Shown here: one piece after another, positions 1-7,602 of the stretch | Numbering within the stretch: position 1 is the first letter of the stretch | Layout: each line of letters begins with the position of its first letter | Source: a virus | Taxonomy: Duplodnaviria; Caudoviricetes | IMG/VR virus record: IMGVR_UViG_3300042355_000725 | Location: 1-44,588 of that record | Length of the DNA stretch: 44,588 nt | Strand: one strand, 5' to 3' | The notes under the pieces: generated by a model | Databases searched by the model: none | The model's input: only the letters and a program-made list of their open reading frames with translations | Told to the model about the DNA's origin: nothing | Program-made: the position numbers and the translations under genes

Positions 1-345
1 TACTAACTCTTGCCTTACTACTACCTCCAACCTGCAAGTTCATCAGCAGCGAACTAGCGTTGCTAGCGGTGTCGGTGACGTTGGCTAGAATCCCCGTGAA
101 CACCGTGCCCGCATTGTTCCACGTTTGCGTTGCGTTGATTAACGGCGTGCTAGCCGTGACCGTGCCGCCGGTGAGAGTCGTACCAAGGAACGTCGGTGTA
201 TTGCCAGACCCCAACCCAAGATTCGTCCGTGCCGTTGCTGCGTTGGTTACATCGCTTAGGTTGCTTGCCTTGACCAGCAGACTACTGAGATCCTGGTCGC
301 CGGTGTTCGTGCCACTTGAAGTGCCGCTAAACGTGCCGGATTGCG
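1..345. repeat. Terminal overlap, allele A of the tail-fibre segment
   Basis: Exact 55-bp blocks 1-55 and 291-345 recur at 44241-44295 and 44534-44588; the 235 bp between them differ from the 238 bp in the other copy. Confidence 0.95.
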
Positions 346-949
346 TTGCGAGTGTGCCGAGTCCCAGCGTTGTCCTCGCCGTTGATGCCGATGTCTCAGT
401 CAACAAACCTCGACCAAACGAAGTCGTTGCCAATGCCGCAATCGCGGTGAGATCGGAGTCAAGAGGTTGATAGCCAGAAAGATCAATCGTCTGCCAACTG
501 AAATCACCACGCAGAAAAGTTGATGCCGAAGGAGTTCCGGTCGGCGATTGCGTTGCCAACGTGCCCAACCCAATAACATCGGATACGTTGTGCGTGTGCG
601 ACAGGGGAGCCTTTCCGGCTAATGCCGTGGCCATAGTCGTCGCAAAATTTGGATCACTGCCCAATGCGTCGGCAAGTTCTTTGAGCGTGTCCAGCGTTGA
701 GGGAGCCGAATTGACTAATGCTGCCACCGCTGCCGACACACTGGCTGGCGTTGCCTTGCCATCGAGAGCAACTTGCAGTCCAGTTACGTCCGCAATGCTG
801 TGCGAGTGAGCAGACGGAGCAAACGTCGCCGGGATGCCGAGCAACGACAAATACTGCCCGTCGAAACTCGACTGCACGATCGGCCCGGACACTACGTTCA
901 CCGAATACGGTGCCGGGCTTTGTACGACTATCGAATACGAATCACTCAT
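1..949 (-). CDS. Tail fibre protein, 5' part (continues across the circular join to the stop at 43546; ~547 aa)
   Basis: Hand translation from ATG 949 (ATGA overlap with the upstream stop): MSDSYSIVV...AHSHSIADVTGLQVALDGK...SAPSTLDTLKELADALGSDPNFATTMATALAGK...SHTHNVSDV. These are typical fibre motifs. The ORF is open to position 1 and in frame with 43546..44240; it is absent from the ORF track because it has no stop in the window. Confidence 0.9.
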   Translation of the reverse strand, partial: MSDSYSIVVQSPAPYSVNVVSGPIVQSSFDGQYLSLLGIPATFAPSAHSHSIADVTGLQVALDGKATPASVSAAVAALVNSAPSTLDTLKELADALGSDPNFATTMATALAGKAPLSHTHNVSDVIGLGTLATQSPTGTPSASTFLRGDFSWQTIDLSGYQPLDSDLTAIAALATTSFGRGLLTETSASTARTTLGLGTLATQSGTFSGTSSGTNTGDQDLSSLLVKASNLSDVTNAATARTNLGLGSGNTPTFLGTTLTGGTVTASTPLINATQTWNNAGTVFTGILANVTDTASNASSLLMNLQVGGSSKARVS

Positions 950-1152
950 CGACATCGCAACCGTTGAAAAACTCTCACCACCGTTTTTGACCGCTGCCGA
1001 ACGCCTGCGACGACTGGCGAAGCTACTTTCTGAACCATCGTCCGCACCGGCTTTTGCGGAAGTGAGCAAACACTGCCAGAGCATACGGGCTCGTCACCCA
1101 TTGCGACTGATCCAACGCTTGCGATGACGATCGCCAACATCCATCTCTTCAT
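946..1152 (-). CDS. Small secreted protein (signal peptide, CxxxxC motif, basic tail), 68 aa
   Basis: MKRWMLAIVIASVGSVAMGDEPVCSGSVCSLP...; fills the gap between the flanking genes. Confidence 0.65.
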   Translation of the reverse strand: MKRWMLAIVIASVGSVAMGDEPVCSGSVCSLPQKPVRTMVQKVASPVVAGVRQRSKTVVRVFQRLRCR

Positions 1153-1162
1153 TGCACAATCC

Positions 1163-1531
1163 TTATCGAGTAACTTCCCGAGACAAAACCAACGCACCCT
1201 CCTGGATGCGATCCACCATGCCACTTGGCTTGGTCCATTCAATGTCGTAAACGTACTGGCTGGCTGGATCAACTTCCGTCTCTCCTGCTTGCATTGCGCT
1301 GGAGACGGCCCGCGCCAGCGAATACTGCACCGTATTCGTTGTGGTGTTCACTGAAAACGTGAACGAGGCTGCAACTACGGTGGTGCTTTTGGTCTTTCGG
1401 ATTTGCCCGCTGAACGAGGATCCCGTCAGAGCCACCACTGCGCCAGTCGCGTCCTTGATCTGAAACTCTGCGGCCCAGTCCGAACCCTGCTTGACGTAGA
1501 TTGCCACCTTTGACGCCTTGGAGCCGATCAT
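1163..1531 (-). CDS. Putative virion protein, BppU-N-like beta fold
   Basis: Pattern IYVKQGSDW...GQIRK...YVYDIEW...RIQEG...EVTR, commonly seen just upstream of fibre genes. Confidence 0.6.
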   Translation of the reverse strand: MIGSKASKVAIYVKQGSDWAAEFQIKDATGAVVALTGSSFSGQIRKTKSTTVVAASFTFSVNTTTNTVQYSLARAVSSAMQAGETEVDPASQYVYDIEWTKPSGMVDRIQEGALVLSREVTR

Positions 1532-1818
1532 GGGACTTTGCGTTCCTCCATGGATCGTGACATCTGGTCCACGTCGTCGCGGATCCCCTGCATCTGCTCG
1601 CTGATTACCTCGATGGACTTAGCAGTGCTTTCCAAACTCTCGCTTGTCGCGGTCATAAAAGCACTGATGCCGTGCAAGTGATCGACAAACGCATCCTTGA
1701 GAGGCGTAATGACGTTGACCGCCAGCCAACCAGCCGTCTTCCAGAGCCCGATACCGCCCGCAACGACGATCGCAACAGCCAGCCCATTATTTGCAATCCA
1801 TTGAGTTAGTTCCGTCAT
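1528..1818 (-). CDS. Holin-like membrane protein, 96 aa
   Basis: MTELTQWIANNGLAVAIVVAGGIGLW...: N-terminal TM helix then coiled coil; ATGA overlaps at both ends. Confidence 0.55.
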   Translation of the reverse strand: MTELTQWIANNGLAVAIVVAGGIGLWKTAGWLAVNVITPLKDAFVDHLHGISAFMTATSESLESTAKSIEVISEQMQGIRDDVDQMSRSMEERKVP

Positions 1819-2297
1819 TTTCCGCCAGCACTCCGATAGGATTCGAGGTTTAACTTGCCAGCCACCCTGAACCACTTTTCGCCGTCCCAAACGTCCCAAT
1901 AGGGCGTCGGCTCCGACGTTGTGCTTGTTTCGCGTCTCACTGCCCATCCGGCCAACCGCCACGGCTCGGCCTGCTCTCGCCACCATGTTTCGCATGGTCC
2001 GCATCCGTCCAGCGAGTACATGATGACGGTCGGCTTCATGGGCAATTTTGCTGCTTCAATCTTTTCCTTCTTTTGTTTCGCTAGGTCACGCTCGACTTCG
2101 AGTTTTTCGATACGAGACCCAAGACGAAACCATTGACGTTCTTGATCGCTGAATCGCTTTATCCAAGCGTCCACTTGCTCTAATCGCTCGGACACGGCTC
2201 GATAGACTCGGTAGCCCTGGTAAGTCACAAACGCGCCTGCGATGAGAACAGCAACCAGTACGAGTGTTTGGATCGCTGATAGGAACTTGGCAATCAT
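1815..2297 (-). CDS. Membrane-anchored thioredoxin/glutaredoxin-like protein
   Basis: N-terminal TM helix, coiled coil, then VIMYSLDGCGPC (CxxC) and a downstream TPYW (cis-Pro loop). Confidence 0.7.
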   Translation of the reverse strand: MIAKFLSAIQTLVLVAVLIAGAFVTYQGYRVYRAVSERLEQVDAWIKRFSDQERQWFRLGSRIEKLEVERDLAKQKKEKIEAAKLPMKPTVIMYSLDGCGPCETWWREQAEPWRLAGWAVRRETSTTSEPTPYWDVWDGEKWFRVAGKLNLESYRSAGGK

Positions 2298-3130
2298 GCC
2301 GATGCCTCCGCAACGGGAGGGTTATCCCCTTGGGAATCGTCGCTCGTTGATCGCACCAGATAAAACGCATGGTGCCGCGACGTGGATCGAAGATGCCGCG
2401 ACCAAGAGATCCAACCGCGCCCCTGTTGCCCGTACCGAAGACCCCAGGAGTTGAACATATCAAACTCAAACTCAGTGCCGGTCCATCGCAAGTCGTCTAC
2501 GCCTACAGCGTGATTACCCGGCCCATCGGTCGGATAGACCCGGCCCTCGGCATCGAGGGTGGTAAATGCGTTGGTCGCATGGACCGCCACCACGCCTACA
2601 AACCCGGCTGCAAGTCCGCTTTCCAGTTCGTCCGAGGTGTCAACTCGATAGCACTCGATAGCCTTGAACCGCGCCATCGCTTCGCGGGCTTCCTGAGAAA
2701 TGTTTTTCCATAGGTATTCTTGATGAGGCACCATCGACTCAGGAGGCACACCGCGTTCGGTAATCGCTTTCATGCCGTCATCGAGCATCGAGCCAACATC
2801 CCGCCCGCCGTTGATTTGTGCGTATAGCCCTTCACCTGAGAGCGGTATATGCCGAAGACCGCGTTTCACTCGCGCTCGCTCTAGCGCCTTGGCTCCCGCG
2901 TAGCCGTTGCAGCTTCCCCGCTGCCCCTGGCTCTTGATCCATTGGGAGGCCGGAAACCACAATCTTGCAGCCATCCGTCGAGGATCCTTGAGGATCTCGA
3001 TCTTCTGCTCCTTCGTGAACATCGGCATTCCCGAGTCCGCATAGGCTGTGAACGACTCTGGGCGATGGTCTGGAACCAGCGTCCCTAACGGAAACTCCAA
3101 CCCATCGATCTCGATATATGGCAGACTCAT
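2294..3130 (-). CDS. Papain-family (C1A) cysteine peptidase
   Basis: Catalytic motifs QGQRGSCNG, GNHAV and FNSWG..YG..G. Confidence 0.88.
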   Translation of the reverse strand: MSLPYIEIDGLEFPLGTLVPDHRPESFTAYADSGMPMFTKEQKIEILKDPRRMAARLWFPASQWIKSQGQRGSCNGYAGAKALERARVKRGLRHIPLSGEGLYAQINGGRDVGSMLDDGMKAITERGVPPESMVPHQEYLWKNISQEAREAMARFKAIECYRVDTSDELESGLAAGFVGVVAVHATNAFTTLDAEGRVYPTDGPGNHAVGVDDLRWTGTEFEFDMFNSWGLRYGQQGRGWISWSRHLRSTSRHHAFYLVRSTSDDSQGDNPPVAEASA

Positions 3131-3531
3131 TGGCCGGTCGCCTCCATGACGAGATCCCCAATCCCGGCTGTTGTTGCCGGGAGAGGGGCTGACTTGAGGA
3201 TCTCTCCCTTGGGACCGACGATCAAAACTGCCGGGATGCCGACCTTCTCGGCCTCGACTCGAAACGGCTTGGCGTCTGCGCTGTCAATGTCGTAGAACCG
3301 CCACTTTGTATTCCGCGATTCCAAGCCCAGCCAAAATTCCCCGTCTGCCAACACCCGCGCCACCGCTGGATTCCGCGCTGCGGTCTCTTCGACGACCACC
3401 ACCCAAGCGCCTTCCACTGGCTCAAACGGGCCGACAGGCAAGGGGATTAGCCTGCCGACCCATGGACCGATCGCAATGAGGGCTCCACCGATCAACATGA
3501 GAACGGCGGGCCATGGCGATCGGCCAATCAT
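3127..3531 (-). CDS. Membrane-anchored thioredoxin-fold protein without CxxC
   Basis: N-terminal TM helix; RFYDID...VGIPAVLIVGPKGEIL resembles the C-terminal half of thioredoxin. Confidence 0.55.
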   Translation of the reverse strand: MIGRSPWPAVLMLIGGALIAIGPWVGRLIPLPVGPFEPVEGAWVVVVEETAARNPAVARVLADGEFWLGLESRNTKWRFYDIDSADAKPFRVEAEKVGIPAVLIVGPKGEILKSAPLPATTAGIGDLVMEATGQ

Positions 3532-3824
3532 TTGCTGTCACCTTGCGAGAACACCGCCGCAACCACCGATGTGATTGCGGATTGCCCCGTAGCGTTCTTC
3601 GTCTTTTCAAAGTAGACCATCAAGGCATCGACATGCTGCAACGCCTCCAAGCGACTCGGCGTCTCCATGGGGCTTAGATACTTTTCCAGGTCTCCCGGAG
3701 TCAGTTGGTCCAACGTGCGAATGATCTGCCTGCTTGCTGGCTTCGCGGTCCATTGAAGCACCGTCCAAACCAACCCGCCGACGAAAACCAGAACACCAAA
3801 GACCGAGGTCAACACCGTAAGCAT
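3528..3824 (-). CDS. Small membrane protein
   Basis: N-terminal hydrophobic helix; start/stop coupled with neighbours. Confidence 0.65.
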   Translation of the reverse strand: MLTVLTSVFGVLVFVGGLVWTVLQWTAKPASRQIIRTLDQLTPGDLEKYLSPMETPSRLEALQHVDALMVYFEKTKNATGQSAITSVVAAVFSQGDSK

Positions 3825-4117
3825 TACTCATCCTCCTCTTTGGGATGATCGAGCCCGTACACCTGTGCCTCGGAAAACTCGAACTCAAACTCATCCGAGA
3901 ACTTGGGATCCTTGATAGCGTGAGGGTCATTCACGCCGGTCGCCATCCAGATTTGGAAGAGCATCAGACACAGCTTGACAATCAACTCGATTTGCCACGG
4001 CTGGAGCACTTTGACCCGTTCGTCGCAACGAACTTCGTGCTCGAAGATGTCGGGCGATCCCACAGCGCGGGCAAACGCATCGCACGCAACACACCAAACC
4101 GTCTCTTTGTCCAGCAT
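3824..4117 (-). CDS. Hypothetical protein
   Basis: SD AAGGGG upstream; coupled to the next gene. Confidence 0.65.
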   Translation of the reverse strand: MLDKETVWCVACDAFARAVGSPDIFEHEVRCDERVKVLQPWQIELIVKLCLMLFQIWMATGVNDPHAIKDPKFSDEFEFEFSEAQVYGLDHPKEEDE

Positions 4118-4212
4118 TTAGATCCCCTTACGACACGCGCGCGAGTCAGGCTCGCTCGATTCGCCTATGTCTATGGGATCCTACTGGATGAAAACGCTAA
4201 CCCTGCCTCCGA

Positions 4213-4413
4213 TTATCGCTCCGCGTCACCAACTGCCTCCAACTGCCTCCACCATTTGGAGATTTGAGCACTAGTCCAATATCGGCGATTGTTGGGCCTC
4301 ACGATCGAAGGTCGAGGCAACACGCCGTCCTTGTGCCATTTTCGGATCGTGCGATAGGACATGCCGGTAACTCGGGCAATCTGTTTCAGGTCGAATAGTT
4401 TTGGCTCTTGCAT
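4213..4413 (-). CDS. MerR/AlpA-type HTH DNA-binding protein
   Basis: LFDLKQIARVTGMSYRTIRKWHKDGVLPRP...RRYW. Confidence 0.8.
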   Translation of the reverse strand: MQEPKLFDLKQIARVTGMSYRTIRKWHKDGVLPRPSIVRPNNRRYWTSAQISKWWRQLEAVGDAER

Positions 4414-4769
4414 CCCTTCACCTTTGGTCCCGAAAACTCAATCCTTGCCACCATGCCGCGTCGAATGTCACAGGCCAAGCAACGCCGCGTTTTGATCTTC
4501 GCTCCGCAATCTGGGCACCTTTGTGTCGCCGATCGGCTGTTGACTCGCTGGCGGGCTTGGCGAACGTAAGCGTCCCATCGTTCTTTCCAACCCTCCTTCC
4601 CGAGCACCAACCATTGCGGGGTGTGTTTTCTGTGGCACCACCAAGTCGCAAACATGCCACCGAGGTCGGAGTCATGCTCGTCGTAACGGATCGCCCACTC
4701 GATCGCTTTAAGAATCTCAGCGTCAAAGTAGAGCTTCGAGGATTCTGATGGTGGTGTGTGGTTGTTCAT
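4386..4769 (-). CDS. Hypothetical protein with C-terminal Zn ribbon
   Basis: CPDCG...CLAC; start codon uncertain (overlaps the RusA 3' end). Confidence 0.55.
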   Translation of the reverse strand: MNNHTPPSESSKLYFDAEILKAIEWAIRYDEHDSDLGGMFATWWCHRKHTPQWLVLGKEGWKERWDAYVRQARQRVNSRSATQRCPDCGAKIKTRRCLACDIRRGMVARIEFSGPKVKGCKSQNYST

Positions 4770-5142
4770 GTCCGCTCGCAATCCATTTCTCGATAAGAAC
4801 CTGAGCCGCCTGCCCGTCATCGTGCCAGATCGCTTTGAGGGCGTCTAGCGCGGCTTTTGCTACGTTGTCCGCATCCGGTTTCGTTGCCTTGGGAACTCTC
4901 GGCATCGGCTTGGTTTTCCAGACCATGCTCTTCGGCCTTGGAAACACAAACATCATTTCGACACGCAATGCGCCTTCCAAGGGTGGTCCCGAGTACGCTT
5001 GCGAAGCCACTAAACGAATGCACTGTTTGAATGGCTCCGCGTCCGAGGGAGTGTAGACCCGGACAAACGCTCCTTGCTTGCGGCCCTTCGTTCTCGGCTG
5101 TGCGATCGGGATCCCTGGAATGTAGAGTTCAATCGGGGTCAT
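4723..5142 (-). CDS. rusA: RusA-family Holliday junction resolvase
   Basis: IPGIPIAQPR...KPDADNVAKAALDAL...WHDDGQ, matching the RusA catalytic Asp/Lys pattern. Confidence 0.9.
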   Translation of the reverse strand: MTPIELYIPGIPIAQPRTKGRKQGAFVRVYTPSDAEPFKQCIRLVASQAYSGPPLEGALRVEMMFVFPRPKSMVWKTKPMPRVPKATKPDADNVAKAALDALKAIWHDDGQAAQVLIEKWIASGHEQPHTTIRILEALL

Positions 5143-5202
5143 GTTATGTTGATTTCCATATAACGCCGTATTATGGTCAATTCAATATAATACTTGTTAT
5201 GG
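5141..5202 (+). other. Putative integron attI-like site at the head of the cassette array
   Basis: AT-rich ATAAC-gcc-GTATTAT-N12-ATAATAC-tt-GTTATGG. Its core GTTATGGC (5196-5203) is the exact complement of the next attC's R'' GCCATAAC (5942-5949). It lacks the attC L-box bulges. Confidence 0.55.
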
Positions 5203-5205
5203 CGA

Positions 5206-6006
5206 TTAGAACAGCATGTCCTGAGACAGACGTTCGACCGCTATTTCGCAATACTTCTCATCTAGCTCGATGCCAATTGCACGCCGCCCCATTTGCTTCG
5301 CCGCTACAAGCGTCGAACCACTTCCCATGAATGGGTCTAGCACAATCTGGCCTTCGTCTGTCGTTACGCGTATGATCTCCGCTATCAGCCCTACGGGCTT
5401 TTGTGTTTGGTGTTCCCTTTCGCTACTGTGCACTCGCTTTTCGTTGATTACGTTTGAGCCATCCAGGGCGTAGTATGTTGGCGTTCCGTTGCTGAAATGC
5501 ATAGCTAGTTCGTGCTGTGCCTTGAAACCATTGCCTAGCCCGGCGTTTGGTTTCGCCCAAACGATCAGCGATTGGTATCGCATCCCGCTTGACTCAATCG
5601 CTGGAACCAAAAACGGCACCATTCGCCAATCTGTAAACGCTGTGAATGTTCCGCCTGGTGGTATGTGTCTCGCACACCATCCGGCTACGTGTGACAGCAT
5701 CCAACCGATTCCGGCTGTTGTCATGTTGTCGTTTACAAACCATCCGACTTCACGGATGGTTTCGGACCGTAGGCCCATGCCTTTCGCCGCTCTCTTTCCT
5801 GCCTCGTTAAACCCGCCAGAGCAATATGGCGGATCTGTCACGACTGCGTTGACTGTTCCCAGTTGGTAGATGATTTCCCTGCAATCGCCATGATAAATGG
5901 TGATGCCCTTGTGATCGTAGTACGGTTTCAATGCAACTGATGCCATAACAATTGGATGCATCGAAGCCCCTGCAATGTCGTTTGGTGATTCCTTGAAATT
6001 TTCCAT
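5206..6006 (-). CDS. Orphan N6/N4 DNA methyltransferase (beta class), cassette 1
   Basis: VTDPPY, HQTQKP, VLDPFMGSGST, GIE. ATG and SD AAGGAAGG lie in the loop of attC1. Confidence 0.92.
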   Translation of the reverse strand: MENFKESPNDIAGASMHPIVMASVALKPYYDHKGITIYHGDCREIIYQLGTVNAVVTDPPYCSGGFNEAGKRAAKGMGLRSETIREVGWFVNDNMTTAGIGWMLSHVAGWCARHIPPGGTFTAFTDWRMVPFLVPAIESSGMRYQSLIVWAKPNAGLGNGFKAQHELAMHFSNGTPTYYALDGSNVINEKRVHSSEREHQTQKPVGLIAEIIRVTTDEGQIVLDPFMGSGSTLVAAKQMGRRAIGIELDEKYCEIAVERLSQDMLF

Positions 6007-6052
6007 TATTCAAACCTTCCTTGTTGGGGCTCGATGATCCCTATCGTTATCG
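5943..6052 (+). other. attC1 (110 bp)
   Basis: CCATAAC-aattg-GAT(G)CATC-GA(A)GCCCC...GGGGCTC-GATGATC-cctatc-GTTATCG. Confidence 0.85.
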
Positions 6053-6403
6053 TCAAATGTTTTTGCGACCCTGCTCGTTCTGGCCGCGTTGACCGAATGC
6101 TAGCGGGTAATAGTAGAACGCTCCGTCTCCATCGTCCTCAATGGTTCCCATGACACAATCATTCCAATAGACCTCCAGCTTCCCCTCGATGACGAGATCG
6201 TTACACCCCGTTTTCGCAGGCCACTGTCGCAGATACTCCAGAAGCTCACCAACTGCCTTGCATTCAGCGTCGTTGTGCTGAAAACGAACATTAGCGATTG
6301 CGTCGTTGAATCGCTCCTCCCATCCGTCCTGTAGCTTCTTTACGCAATCCAAACACCAGCCCGAATCCAAATGGTCGCAATTCATTAAATGCGGCATTGT
6401 CAT
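6053..6403 (-). CDS. Hypothetical protein with Cys/His motif, cassette 2
   Basis: MTMPHLMNCDHLDSGWCLDC...; SD GGGAG; fills the space between attC1 and attC2. Confidence 0.7.
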   Translation of the reverse strand: MTMPHLMNCDHLDSGWCLDCVKKLQDGWEERFNDAIANVRFQHNDAECKAVGELLEYLRQWPAKTGCNDLVIEGKLEVYWNDCVMGTIEDDGDGAFYYYPLAFGQRGQNEQGRKNI

Positions 6404-6415
6404 AATCCAATCTCC

Positions 6416-6504
6416 CGATAACAAAGCGGTGAACCGAAGTCGCCGGTCACCTAGTTCTCAATCCGAGTATCTTGGCGGCGACTCGGTTACCGCTGAGGTT
6501 CGTC
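6416..6504 (+). other. attC2 (89 bp)
   Basis: CGATAAC-aaagc-GGT(G)AACC-GA(A)GTCGCCG...CGGCGACTC-GGTTACC-gctgag-GTTCGTC. Confidence 0.88.
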
Positions 6505-6508
6505 TGAC

Positions 6509-6766
6509 CTAACGAATACCGTCTCGCTCAAAATCTCGCATTGCGGCCTCAAACAACTGATTTCCTACAGACCGTGGACGACTTCGCTCTGCTTCGGCCT
6601 TCAATGCCTTGTCTGCATCAATCGTCTTGTCCCGCACCATGCGAGCAAGAACTCGCAAGCACTGCCATAAAGTTTCTTCGTCAACATCGTAAACCTTCCT
6701 CAATTGGTCGTTAGCCAAAAGCCGACGAACAACGGATTGCACCGAAGCCTCATTCGTCTCGCTCAT
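6509..6766 (-). CDS. Hypothetical protein, cassette 3
   Basis: ATG and SD (GAGGT) lie in the loop of attC3. Confidence 0.7.
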   Translation of the reverse strand: MSETNEASVQSVVRRLLANDQLRKVYDVDEETLWQCLRVLARMVRDKTIDADKALKAEAERSRPRSVGNQLFEAAMRDFERDGIR

Positions 6767-6812
6767 TCTCGTTACCTCTTTCCTTTCGGCTCGGTGAATC
6801 CGAGCGTTCGCC
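6724..6812 (+). other. attC3 (89 bp)
   Basis: GACGAAC-aacgg-ATT(G)CACC-GA(A)GCC...GGCTC-GGTGAAT-ccgagc-GTTCGCC. Confidence 0.85.
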
Positions 6813-6841
6813 GTATCAACCCTTTGTCATGAAATTACGGA

Positions 6842-7045
6842 TTATTTAACAACTGACGCAAGGTAATCGACGGCAGACTGCAATCGATCCTTTCCAACGA
6901 GTGCTTGTATCAACCGCAAAACCTTTTTCGGGTTGTCTTGGAAGTTCCTAGCGATCCTGTAAACAAACACTTGCTCATCAGGTGACAAACCCGCCGAACA
7001 ATCGGATGAACCCAAGTGCTCGGTCGGCTGTTTTTCGTTGTCCAT
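6842..7045 (-). CDS. Hypothetical protein (67 aa), cassette 4
   Basis: ATG 7045 with SD GAGGAG inside the loop of attC4. Confidence 0.68.
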   Translation of the reverse strand: MDNEKQPTEHLGSSDCSAGLSPDEQVFVYRIARNFQDNPKKVLRLIQALVGKDRLQSAVDYLASVVK

Positions 7046-7082
7046 GTTTTCTCCTCGCACTGGGTTATCCTGTGCGTTAGGT
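6993..7082 (+). other. attC4 (90 bp)
   Basis: GCCGAAC-aatcg-GAT(G)AACC-CA(A)GTGC...GCACTG-GGTTATC-ctgtgc-GTTAGGT. Confidence 0.85.
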
Positions 7083-7505
7083 GGATTTTGCGTCCGCCAT
7101 TTCGCGGCGCGTTGCTTGCGGGGTTTGATCCGACACCCACAACAATCGTTTCTCTTGGACTTCGGGAGCCTTGTACCCAGAGAGTCGCAAGAAAATCTGT
7201 AGCGATTTCTTGATGAATCCTTCTAGGTCGTCACCAATCAAATGTAAAAACTGTTCTTCCGTTCGTTCGAGATCGTACTTACTACACCACTCTTCCATCA
7301 TGCGATGGCAAAACAACGCTTCCCCTTCGCCGCTGTCAATTTCCTCTTTGGTAGGGTTTGTTATTCGACCCTCAACGTACTCGGCTGTTCGTTCCCTAAT
7401 GTGCCGGTACACCTCGAACGCAAATTCAGAAATAAACTCGTCTACATCTCTTGCGTCCGTCTGCACTGCTTGATCGCGATTGGCGTCGTATTGAAACTTA
7501 ATCAT
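7077..7505 (-). CDS. Hypothetical acidic protein (142 aa), cassette 5
   Basis: MIKFQYDANRDQ...; SD AGGTGG overlaps R'' of attC5; the stop TAA is the TTA of the attC4 core. Confidence 0.7.
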   Translation of the reverse strand: MIKFQYDANRDQAVQTDARDVDEFISEFAFEVYRHIRERTAEYVEGRITNPTKEEIDSGEGEALFCHRMMEEWCSKYDLERTEEQFLHLIGDDLEGFIKKSLQIFLRLSGYKAPEVQEKRLLWVSDQTPQATRREMADAKST

Positions 7506-7511
7506 GAAACC

Positions 7512-7602
7512 ACCTAACAATTGCGTGAACCGAAGCCCCCGATTCGGCGTTTTTGAAATGGAGGCGTAACCGGCGGGGGCTCGGTTACGCATTGCGTTAT
7601 GG
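7512..7602 (+). other. attC5 (91 bp)
   Basis: ACCTAAC-aattg-CGT(G)AACC-GA(A)GCCCCCG...CGGGGGCTC-GGTTACG-cattgc-GTTATGG. Confidence 0.9.

Noticed and set aside
56-290. Diversity-generating retroelement (TR/VR pair with 44296-44533)
   Set aside because: No reverse transcriptase in the genome; the differences are not adenine-specific and include an indel.
5943-7602. CRISPR array or simple terminators
   Set aside because: The elements differ in sequence, are 89-110 bp, are separated by whole genes, lack U-tracts and conserve attC-type bulges.
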